64,000 nt of DNA from a virus, in the IMG/VR virus record IMGVR_UViG_3300031539_000009, positions 18,157 through 82,156 of that record. One strand, given 5' to 3'. Positions within the stretch are counted from its first letter, which is position 1. Every line of letters begins with the position of its first letter. Below, in pieces: positions 28,201 through 36,034 of the stretch. The position numbers and the translations under genes are program-made. Below the pieces are notes generated by a model. The model was given only the letters and a program-made list of their open reading frames with translations. It was not told where the DNA came from and did not search any database.

Positions 28201-28453
28201 CGGAATCCGCTGCCAGCTTCCTGGTGCCACCGTCCATCACCATTACCACGTTGAAAGGCAGGGTGATATCGAATGAATCATTGCCGGATGCCCCCAACGG
28301 AATAGCAGCCCCCAAGCAACCCTGTCCAGGGAATATGCTGGCGTACAGGCTGTCCATCCCCGCCGTGAGGAATCCCAGGAAGTTCACTCTCATCTGCGTG
28401 TCTGGTATGAACTTCTTGTTGTAAATCCCAATTTTTTCGCTTCCGTAATCCAT
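25262..28453 (-). CDS. tail fibre / receptor-binding protein
   Basis: Long Gly/Ser/Thr-rich beta protein after the baseplate genes, with a DLATKNYVD fibre motif. Confidence 0.75.
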   Translation of the reverse strand: MDYGSEKIGIYNKKFIPDTQMRVNFLGFLTAGMDSLYASIFPGQGCLGAAIPLGASGNDSFDITLPFNVVMVMDGGTRKLAADSGDVGVFEQVPFENESAIPYYIGLKFLEIPDQMQLNVRNGRVEADTWRQSVGESGDPDSVADLGSDQLKIVLDTILEAGVNHSGRICRIKLKEPVSLAAAYEDLVVQWDGSNNYVVSTYMGQITPSVDETDYIGYTEGPTVKRNTDLSTDPDYTFLGTVTGSGAGTTPTVFDITGQNIYLSTPGVGINDLWTIYQDMYTTPHFDGDGLPNLDHALQTIMDVEHYPHDSTDYGRHSDIHPDTVDFNIQSGLQLNIQAFDAADKANHKVEIKDDLAAVRAWIDGDGNAQFQDLYVQGTEYIMESTIIEGDLTVEGDLTAGDDNTVDRFYGHVLRADFDKDVHVGQDLYVAGNSYLGDDAADRVTVTGGIDGGLSLYNGLFRIHDLFGSGEKLEMSAGVTNAVFSHTTNGANDVYYQFQKNPGIGRLIITGDILRMTGGLEIADGGEGLQFGTFSPDIFTMSRTSATIFDFQGDNAGNVTWRFGNAGAGEADLQVSRRITASDRITTSDNIYMDGAGGGTLSALSGALSFDDFNLVGPSPLPLSGPAAVDNTYNGSATTLIGMLNETLSSGSLDFNYDAGGAGLGREIIVDAGAVAFNREAHPVTVNLTTGVFNNINIVSGDDWSDYYDSFPNSPSRQILIHITGSTLGNNGWYTSTPSGNSTMQIATGFPGGAESGISATWYDTAIYGTKGGALSLESYLDSPTNGINGWRIFQSGSARFGIDASQFTDPLVAGAPGLEWDFYGDQPMMTFHDTPSGNWARVVFTGNQFELYDDTPQLALYYNFTNMHLNGGGVTKCQGFLDPVYSQDLATKNYVDNQSVLPPTVYTKHGEIVNSELGNDAVVIDPNGRYPFQYRVTVPNGSPTNAYHVAVIMLQADSSFFANFRPYAYGYWSAGGSKYLRWILKNGTSAGSTVLYDSGNVYCPYTSNTWIFGSWGSIPSHSNIGQLYRLEIYGAAAFEVASNFVLRGVAHLIQYTNYAPTV

Positions 28454-28457
28454 GTTA

Positions 28458-29600
28458 TCACCCTCCAGGTTCAACAGTTTTTATATCCAACGGCAGTTGA
28501 AATAAATCAACAATATCAAACTCAGCCGTGGCCCCCGGAAATGACAAGGTGGCCATTCCTACACTGCCCACTATTTCGGCTGGTGGGGTGTAAGTGAACA
28601 CCAGATTCCCGTCCATGTAGAATTTGACCACACCGCTTGACCCTTCCCAACAATTCTCAACCTTCCAACCATACCACGTCCCGACCGTCATGTCAATCGG
28701 ACCGCTGGCCAACACTGGCCCAATAGTCGGTGCTGTGTATTTTTTAAGATTGGCAACTTGGTTGATCACGTCCAGTTCAATCAGGTATGATTCATCCACC
28801 CCGTCATACCCAAATGCCAACATCATTCCGCCCCCGGCTGTTAACCTTCCGACCCAGCTGGCAACATAGTTGGTCCAATCGTATGAGTTGGGCGTTTCAG
28901 CGGCCACTCCGGCATCTTCTGACAAGACCATCATCCCATCAACAATCTCGGAAGTGCCCCCCAAAATGTCCCATTGATAAATGTTGCTGAATCCTGTTGT
29001 GAAATCATCGATGAAATCTTCATATATGATGCGGAATCGCTCTGAAGATGGCCTGTTCAAAACAATCAGGCTTTCCACCAAAAATCTGTTGAGCTGCCCT
29101 TCATCCATTATTCTAATTTCTGTGGCGAACTCATCCAATTCAGCGTCATCCAAAGCAGACATGAGATATGGCGTGAACCTTCCCGGCTCTATTGTGAAGC
29201 CATCTTCACCTAATACCCACCTGAGATCAAACCATGTGTTGATGATCACGGTCCGCCCTGTAAGGAATCGGACCATGTTCTCAATTCCGGCCTCCAAATA
29301 TCGCTGCTTCCACATCCGTACAGCAGAGCCAATGAGCTTGCGTTGATCTTCTGTGCTTAACTCATTGGTGATGTATGCCAATTCCTTGGTGAATCCGACC
29401 TGCCACAGCAGGTGCTCCACGACCTGATCAGGTGTGAGCCTGTAATCTGTGATGAGCCGGAATCCGCTGATGTCATCCAATATCCGATTGAATACAAGTT
29501 GCGGACCTTGAAGGAATCGCTCAAGGAAATTGGTGTTGACGTCTTGTCGCCTGAGCGACTCAATCAACATAAGGAACATTTTATATGGATTTTCTGCCAT
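28458..29600 (-). CDS. baseplate wedge protein (P2 gpI-like) with a C-terminal beta-sandwich
   Basis: HLLWQVGF...QRKLI...GIENMVRFLTG pattern; follows the gpJ-like gene. Confidence 0.65.
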   Translation of the reverse strand: MAENPYKMFLMLIESLRRQDVNTNFLERFLQGPQLVFNRILDDISGFRLITDYRLTPDQVVEHLLWQVGFTKELAYITNELSTEDQRKLIGSAVRMWKQRYLEAGIENMVRFLTGRTVIINTWFDLRWVLGEDGFTIEPGRFTPYLMSALDDAELDEFATEIRIMDEGQLNRFLVESLIVLNRPSSERFRIIYEDFIDDFTTGFSNIYQWDILGGTSEIVDGMMVLSEDAGVAAETPNSYDWTNYVASWVGRLTAGGGMMLAFGYDGVDESYLIELDVINQVANLKKYTAPTIGPVLASGPIDMTVGTWYGWKVENCWEGSSGVVKFYMDGNLVFTYTPPAEIVGSVGMATLSFPGATAEFDIVDLFQLPLDIKTVEPGG

Positions 29601-29601
29601 T

Positions 29602-31743
29602 TTACGGCTCCACCACCAACGTGATTAACCCACCATTTGTCAGCGGCAACTCCCTGGTGGCCAAGGTGATATCGGTTGCCGGTGTATTCAACACCACCTT
29701 CCGAACTCCATCCACCTTGAATATTTCCGATATGATGCGTGACCTTGGGACTTCGCCGCCAAAATCCCACTCCCATGTCACACCGTCGTTTTTCAACGCT
29801 TCCGGGTGAAGCAGACCAATGAGCAGATTTTCAATCTGTGTGGCATTCCCGCCATAAACAACAGCATCCACACTGATGTATCTGGGTTGATAATCTGTAA
29901 CAACCAACTCGTGGTTTATCACCAACACCCCCTTGATCCCAGACACCTCATTTCCGTTGAAGTAATCACTCAACTCATTCTTTGAACTCTCAGGGATGGA
30001 CGCACCGCCGGTCCCAACGCAAACCAGCTCAAACGTCTTGGGCCCCATTGACTCTTCAATCCCCAAAGCCCTGGTGACGACCTTGGACCCAAATGTGTCA
30101 ATGAATTCTGTCGCCAGCACCTCGCAATCATCAGGGCTGACAGCCCGATTCCTGGTGCGCAGGGATGCTGGGCCAACAATTTTGAGCCTTTCCCGGTCCT
30201 GCTCGGTGTTCCCCTCTTTTGCGTTCCAACCGGTGGCCGGTCTGGGGTTGTAAACTTGCCCCAAAAATGCAACGCCCGATGAGTTGATGACGATGGTCCT
30301 GGCGCCAACATTGCCATCTTTATCGGCCCCAATCCTGTATGTTGTGCTGATGTCTTCGCCAAGTGGCGGAATCCGACCATTCACACCGTTGCCAAATATC
30401 AGAATTGGGTTTTCACCTTCCGGCCTGATTAATGAAAAATCCTTGCTGGCAGGAGTGCTGCTCAAAAAGTTGTCCACATATCCCCAAACCTGTGTCCCGA
30501 CTGTGACTGTGGCAGAACCTTCAATGATGTCCTTGTTCCCAAGCTGGTACTGTTGGTTGGGTTGGCCATCGGAAGTGGCCAATGGGCTGATTGATATGGT
30601 TTCGCCTTGTACCGATTCCAAGCTGGCAAAGTGCCTTGCGTCCGTGATGCTACACAAGGACAATTGCGGCCCGGTCGGTGCCCCACCTACTGCCACCACC
30701 CTGTATCTGATAAAGTGCCCGTTGAACTCGTTGACGCTTCCCTTGACCCATTTTTGAGTCAGCGTTTGCGGAAGTGAAAATGCCACAATCCCGGTCTGCG
30801 TAAAATCGTTGACGGAATCAGTGTTGACTTCCAGCGGATTCCATTCTGATCCCACGGCATATTCATTTGGATCGGTATCAGGAGTGGACTGCCCTAGCAA
30901 CCCGGTGACGCAATAGTTTTTGGACCCGTCCCACTGGCTGTACACTTCTTCATATGCGGTGCTTTGAAGGTGCGTGACCCTGACTAAACTTCCGGCCCGG
31001 TTGACTTCCCCCAGCAATGTGGTCAAATCAAATTCCAGATTGGATCCAAGGTTGGTCACCTCGTTTGGCGCAGCATCTTTGAGGTCGCCATCATAATATT
31101 CCCATGTACCGACAATGTCTGCTGCCGGTGTCACAACTGTTAGCGCAACTTGATCGAACATGACGCTGGAGTGGCCAAAATACACCATATCATTTTGAAC
31201 TGGCGTCCCGGCCCATGGTTGCCAATTTGTTCCGGCATTGGCTTGGGTTGTGAAATCTGCATACACTCCGACTTCATCCCCAAATGCCGCCCCCAAAACA
31301 TTGTTTGGTTCTATGGTGTAGGTGGATTTGGTTTCAAAAAAGATCGTGCCCAAGCCCGGCAATAATTGGGTTGAAAATAGCGTCCCCGCCGGAATTAAGT
31401 CAATGGCTGTGGTGAATATCTTGGTGATTTCGACCAGGATGTCAGCCGCCGATGGCGTGGAATCCCTGATTGTGTAGTCAATCAGGGCCAACAGATTCCG
31501 CAACCCTTCCCTGGTCCGGCTTGTGGGCAACATCGACTCCAGTGCGGCCGCATCCAAATTGACGTTACACAAGTGCCCCGTCAAAGCAAACGCCCGCTCC
31601 AGCTGCATGTACGGCTCTTCAGGGTCTTCATTGGTTATTTCAGGGACATTCACCCGCCCGTACTGGCGCAACGCCTGCAATATTTGCGGATAGTAAAACC
31701 CACTGAAATCAAAATCCGGCAGCTGTATTGATTCTTGCGTCAT
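29602..31743 (-). CDS. baseplate J-like wedge protein
   Basis: SDGQPNQ, IFGNGVNGRIP, YRIG...GNV and RAVSPDD motifs. Confidence 0.85.
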   Translation of the reverse strand: MTQESIQLPDFDFSGFYYPQILQALRQYGRVNVPEITNEDPEEPYMQLERAFALTGHLCNVNLDAAALESMLPTSRTREGLRNLLALIDYTIRDSTPSAADILVEITKIFTTAIDLIPAGTLFSTQLLPGLGTIFFETKSTYTIEPNNVLGAAFGDEVGVYADFTTQANAGTNWQPWAGTPVQNDMVYFGHSSVMFDQVALTVVTPAADIVGTWEYYDGDLKDAAPNEVTNLGSNLEFDLTTLLGEVNRAGSLVRVTHLQSTAYEEVYSQWDGSKNYCVTGLLGQSTPDTDPNEYAVGSEWNPLEVNTDSVNDFTQTGIVAFSLPQTLTQKWVKGSVNEFNGHFIRYRVVAVGGAPTGPQLSLCSITDARHFASLESVQGETISISPLATSDGQPNQQYQLGNKDIIEGSATVTVGTQVWGYVDNFLSSTPASKDFSLIRPEGENPILIFGNGVNGRIPPLGEDISTTYRIGADKDGNVGARTIVINSSGVAFLGQVYNPRPATGWNAKEGNTEQDRERLKIVGPASLRTRNRAVSPDDCEVLATEFIDTFGSKVVTRALGIEESMGPKTFELVCVGTGGASIPESSKNELSDYFNGNEVSGIKGVLVINHELVVTDYQPRYISVDAVVYGGNATQIENLLIGLLHPEALKNDGVTWEWDFGGEVPRSRIISEIFKVDGVRKVVLNTPATDITLATRELPLTNGGLITLVVEP

Positions 31744-32144
31744 TTTATTTCACCCCTCACAATTCCTACATTTCCAGCACTGAATTTCAGCCCGAACTCC
31801 CCCGGAATCATTGTTTCAAGATTGATGTATGAAACCGTGGCCTGCATCTCCATGGTCCCTTCATCCATCTTCATATTCAGCCCATTATCATCCAAGGCAG
31901 CCCGGTTGTCCGCTTCCAACCTTTTGAATACATTTTCAACGGCCAATTGTATGGTTGCCATGGTCTTGGCATTGCCGTCGCCAAAGATCATTTCTTCATT
32001 GATCCCTAATTTTTGAAAAGGATTCCGGCTGCTTCCTGGAGACAATGCCATCATAACTATTTTGGCCAGGTCATCGTCACCGCTTACCAAAGCAGCACCG
32101 CCCGCTTCATCCACGCCCACAGGCACTTTTAATCCGGTTGCCAT
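31740..32144 (-). CDS. gp25/gpW-like baseplate protein
   Basis: Size and position between the spike gene and gpJ. Confidence 0.55.
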   Translation of the reverse strand: MATGLKVPVGVDEAGGAALVSGDDDLAKIVMMALSPGSSRNPFQKLGINEEMIFGDGNAKTMATIQLAVENVFKRLEADNRAALDDNGLNMKMDEGTMEMQATVSYINLETMIPGEFGLKFSAGNVGIVRGEIK

Positions 32145-33262
32145 TATGACCATTCCTCCAAATCGGCCTGTTGTCCTTCCAGGTATTCAATGTTGGTATC
32201 AAAGAATGAGATGCTGGCCGTTGCACCGTCAAGCATCGTGTAGCTTCCCTGGCTCCTGTTCACTAGATTCCCCAGCCACCTGTATCGCCTGTCATATATT
32301 CCATCATCTGCCGTATCAACTGCCATCGCAATCTGGGACATCCTTGAAGACAAAAATGTCTCCCTGGTCTCCATTGCCGTCACCAACTGTGCGTATGTGG
32401 AATATGACGTGTACACGCCGGTTGTGGTTACGATCTGCGCACTTGCCGTCGCAATATCGGAATCCACGCCAGCATATGAGATGTCGTCTTTGTTGGAATC
32501 CAACGCAGCTTTCTGATTATTCAACGCTGTGGTAAGCAACCCCAACGTGGCAGCCAAATTGGCAGTTTGCCCCGCCACCGTGTCTATGATCCCGGCCCCG
32601 GCCCCGATCTGATCATTGGCGGCACAGAAAGCAACCATTGCGCCGTTGAGAGTGTATGGACCGGTGCCGCCCACGCTGTCTATTCTAAACACAGCATATT
32701 TCCCGGTGATGGTAGTGATCACTGCCCTGGCTCCTGGCGCAAACCCGGACCCCGCAACGGTGATTGAAGTTGTTCCTGGCCCCACAACATTCCCTGTAAC
32801 ACTTGATCCGCTTCCGCTTTGCCCGTCCCTCAGTGCCTTGGCTATTTCATAACAGACAGGATGTAAGCAACCCTCCACGTGCTTCAAGGTGTCGCCTGGG
32901 TCCTCATCCGTGATTCCTTTCAATTGATCAATGTACTTGGGATTCAACTTGGTATATCCAGCTGGATACAACCTGGAATCCGGCTTGAAATCCCTGGCAT
33001 CTACCAAATCGGCATCTGTAACCGGCTCCACAATGAAATGCCCATCTATCCACTTCAACTCTGTTTCATATTTAGATGCAACATCATCATGGTACCAACC
33101 CCAAAATGCCTCATGAAGACTGACCAACTCTGTGAGATTCAGGATTTGGTCTTGGACAGCCACTTTCCCGTCCTCATAGGTTTGGATGGCACCTGGGATA
33201 TCGGTATCAACCTGCTGATTCAGCGTGGTTACTTGCGCCGGTGTTAAATCTGGCCCTGGCAT
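32144..33262 (-). CDS. hypothetical virion/baseplate protein
   Basis: Coupled ORF within the baseplate cluster. Confidence 0.55.
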   Translation of the reverse strand: MPGPDLTPAQVTTLNQQVDTDIPGAIQTYEDGKVAVQDQILNLTELVSLHEAFWGWYHDDVASKYETELKWIDGHFIVEPVTDADLVDARDFKPDSRLYPAGYTKLNPKYIDQLKGITDEDPGDTLKHVEGCLHPVCYEIAKALRDGQSGSGSSVTGNVVGPGTTSITVAGSGFAPGARAVITTITGKYAVFRIDSVGGTGPYTLNGAMVAFCAANDQIGAGAGIIDTVAGQTANLAATLGLLTTALNNQKAALDSNKDDISYAGVDSDIATASAQIVTTTGVYTSYSTYAQLVTAMETRETFLSSRMSQIAMAVDTADDGIYDRRYRWLGNLVNRSQGSYTMLDGATASISFFDTNIEYLEGQQADLEEWS

Positions 33263-33263
33263 A

Positions 33264-33917
33264 TTATTTCACCTTCACCGTTGGGCTTGACCAATCCCCG
33301 GCCCCGGCAAACCCCGGTGGTTGTGGTACTGGCGGCCCGGTCGGTGCCCCTTCGCTGGACACCATGTGGTAGTGTTGTCCCAGCATCGAAAATTGTACAT
33401 TCAATTGAGAGTACAGCGTTTGTGCGTATGGAACATTGTACGCTGCCCCTTCCCCGATGTTTATGTTTGCCCCTTCCACGGTCAAATCGCCCGTGGTCGT
33501 GATGTTGACTTTTCCATTTTCCATCGTGATCACATTCTTGCTCGCATCCTGAATTGTGATTTTCTTTTCTCCATCGTCCAGGATCACCAGGTGGCCGGAT
33601 GGTGTTTTGATTCCCCGCTTTTTTGGGTATCCGGCTTTGAGTTCATCGGGCACACCCGACTCGTCATTGTAGACACCGCCCTTGTAGCGTGGAATTGCCT
33701 CATCATCCTCATCGTCCAATTCCACATCCACGGTGGTCCCAACATCGGGAATGGCCAAGACTCCGAACCCACCAGTGCTGGTCCAGTTGCTCGGCTCTGC
33801 CCATATCGGGAATTCCACCTCAGAATCTAACAGGGTGTCACTCTTCACTTTGATCCTTCCTCTTTGTTCTGGATCATTATTATTTGTGACAACTCCTGTA
33901 TGTATTTTCAGCGCCAT
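33264..33917 (-). CDS. baseplate central spike (gpV/Gp5 OB-fold)
   Basis: GVVTNNNDPEQRGRIKV...WAEP...IPDVGTTV; KTPSGH; C-terminal HYH tip motif. Confidence 0.88.
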   Translation of the reverse strand: MALKIHTGVVTNNNDPEQRGRIKVKSDTLLDSEVEFPIWAEPSNWTSTGGFGVLAIPDVGTTVDVELDDEDDEAIPRYKGGVYNDESGVPDELKAGYPKKRGIKTPSGHLVILDDGEKKITIQDASKNVITMENGKVNITTTGDLTVEGANINIGEGAAYNVPYAQTLYSQLNVQFSMLGQHYHMVSSEGAPTGPPVPQPPGFAGAGDWSSPTVKVK

Positions 33918-33990
33918 GGTTAGTCCCCCAGCCCTGGCCTGTTGCGTTGATCTCGTGCCACCTGCGGCACCCTCGTGGTGTTTTTATTCG

Positions 33991-35211
33991 TCATGATGAC
34001 AACACCTTCCTGCAATCGAATTCAGTTGTGTATCCGTCGCCGCCTATCGTGTGCCTGACAATGTCAAACAGATATTCCCCCGACAACCTGGTGCCAATCC
34101 CTTTTATGATGTGACTTTCCTTTGCCTTGATAACCTCTGACCCAAGGATTTTTCCCTTGCCAGTGACCATGTTGTTCCCGGCATTCTCGAATTCCGCCTC
34201 AGCAAACTTTTTCACAGCATCCAAGGTAGTCAGCTGGGTTGACACCGTCCGCTTCAATGGACCAAATGACGTGTACCTGATCACGGAAGCACTCGACATC
34301 TCATCTTGAATCAAAAGATCGTCAGCGGACAACCCCGGAAGCACCTTCACATCCAACCCCTTGTCGGTCTTTTCTACTGAATGCCTGATCACTTTGTTTG
34401 TTTTGCGGTCCCAAGACACAACCTCCAACGATGTGAGAGCATCGCCGGAAGCGAACTGAGGCGCAAAACTCAACAGGGTTGAGTCATCACCCTGGTTGTA
34501 CTCGAAAATGAATTGGTCACCTGCGTTTGGCCGCCTGGGGTGAAAATGCGCCACAAATGATTGAAGGTCTTGGTCATATATGATGTAAAAATCATATCCA
34601 GTCAGATTGCTAATCCGCCTGATGAAGTCCATCGGTGTTTTTCCCTTGGCCATGGCAGCACTCTGATTCCCGGAAGTGGGGTCAATGTCTGTCTGAATAG
34701 GCACGCCGATCTTGGCAGACAGCCACTGAACGATGCGCTCAACCATGGTCGAATAAGGAACACCGCTGAACGTCCTGTATTGCTTGTCCTTTTCCTCCAT
34801 CTCAGCTGACAACTCTGTTTCCAACCCAAACGCCTTGATTTTGAGAGTGGGTTTGCCATTTTCCGGGAAGCTGGGAAGCCATTTTTGAATCCTACACCGT
34901 TGCATAAACAACAGGTCATTTCCATATCCCATGAACAGGTCCAAATAATTCCCTTCAGCAAATAGCTTGCTATCAAGAACAGGGCCATATTCACGACCGC
35001 CCGCCGCCCCCGGATCAGCCTCAAGATCAGGGGACATAATCACATCGAATTCGATCATGTCTGCGATGTATGAATTGTCCTCATAGACCACTCTTTCAAC
35101 CAGGCTGGTGATATCTTCTTGCAAGTCTGCGCCATTGGTCGTGATCTTATATGCTGGCGTCAATTCCGCATATTCCGGCTTTTCTTGAAATCTTGTTATT
35201 TTTTTGGCCAT
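33991..35211 (-). CDS. baseplate hub / late control D-like protein
   Basis: MDFIRRIS...GYDFY and IKGIGTRLSGEY...VRHTIGGDGYTTEF. Confidence 0.82.
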   Translation of the reverse strand: MAKKITRFQEKPEYAELTPAYKITTNGADLQEDITSLVERVVYEDNSYIADMIEFDVIMSPDLEADPGAAGGREYGPVLDSKLFAEGNYLDLFMGYGNDLLFMQRCRIQKWLPSFPENGKPTLKIKAFGLETELSAEMEEKDKQYRTFSGVPYSTMVERIVQWLSAKIGVPIQTDIDPTSGNQSAAMAKGKTPMDFIRRISNLTGYDFYIIYDQDLQSFVAHFHPRRPNAGDQFIFEYNQGDDSTLLSFAPQFASGDALTSLEVVSWDRKTNKVIRHSVEKTDKGLDVKVLPGLSADDLLIQDEMSSASVIRYTSFGPLKRTVSTQLTTLDAVKKFAEAEFENAGNNMVTGKGKILGSEVIKAKESHIIKGIGTRLSGEYLFDIVRHTIGGDGYTTEFDCRKVLSS

Positions 35212-35215
35212 TTAA

Positions 35216-36034
35216 TCACTTCTTGTATATGTAAGTATTGATTTGACCGGCTCTCAATTCGTGGATTTGTGCCATCGCCGCTTTGGCAATAGAATCATCC
35301 TGGAACATGTAATAATCCGGCTCAATCTTTTTCCGCATCTTGCTGTGGGTGATCGGCAGAACTTTCACAGACACCCCCACACTTAATTCAGGGACATCCG
35401 GCTGAATTTTCCTGAGATTCACGCCCTTGATAGCGTTGCCATACATCTGGGCAGCCACAGACTCATATATGTCCCCCTCTTTTGCCAACTTGTAGATGGT
35501 GCTTGGCTCCGGTGTCGATGTATCCGTCACCTTCAGGCCATATGGTTCATACCTGATCAGCGTGATCTTAAACATACAACCACGCACTGTCCCGTCGTGC
35601 CGGAAGGAATCGAACACAATGCTGCCTATCTCGGACACAAAGCAGCGAATGACCATGAATCCCTGGCCCATGCTGAACTCGCATATCGGTGGCCGCTTCA
35701 AGTTGCGATCCCGCTTGGTCAGCTTGATTAGTGTCTTCAACTTTGGTGCCACTTGGTCCAGGAAATTTCTGGCATACAGCCGTCCCGTGAAGGACACCAC
35801 ATCAGATTCCCCGGACAGCCACTGGGCAATGGGATATTGCCGGCCCAAGGTCTGCGTCATAGCATAATTTCCACCGGCACTCATCTTCAGGCCAATTGGC
35901 TCAAATTGCGCTTCAAATTCGATGTCCAACTCAGGAGCACGGATTGACCACAAGACGTTGGGGCCAAACAACAGGCCCATCAATGTGGTCGGAAGATTCC
36001 CAATCGCACTGCCTATTCCTGCCAGGTCAACCAT
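35216..36034 (-). CDS. tail tube initiator with a LysM-like domain
   Basis: RPPICEF motif and KEGDIYESVAAQMYG; follows the tape measure. Confidence 0.7.
   Translation of the reverse strand: MVDLAGIGSAIGNLPTTLMGLLFGPNVLWSIRAPELDIEFEAQFEPIGLKMSAGGNYAMTQTLGRQYPIAQWLSGESDVVSFTGRLYARNFLDQVAPKLKTLIKLTKRDRNLKRPPICEFSMGQGFMVIRCFVSEIGSIVFDSFRHDGTVRGCMFKITLIRYEPYGLKVTDTSTPEPSTIYKLAKEGDIYESVAAQMYGNAIKGVNLRKIQPDVPELSVGVSVKVLPITHSKMRKKIEPDYYMFQDDSIAKAAMAQIHELRAGQINTYIYKK

Noticed and set aside
25262-28453. Diversity-generating retroelement or invertible cassette acting on the tail fibre
   Set aside because: No reverse transcriptase, invertase or template repeat was seen in the window.
33920-33994. 24-codon ORF bridging the hub and spike genes
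   Set aside because: Too short and featureless to support. It may only provide translational coupling.
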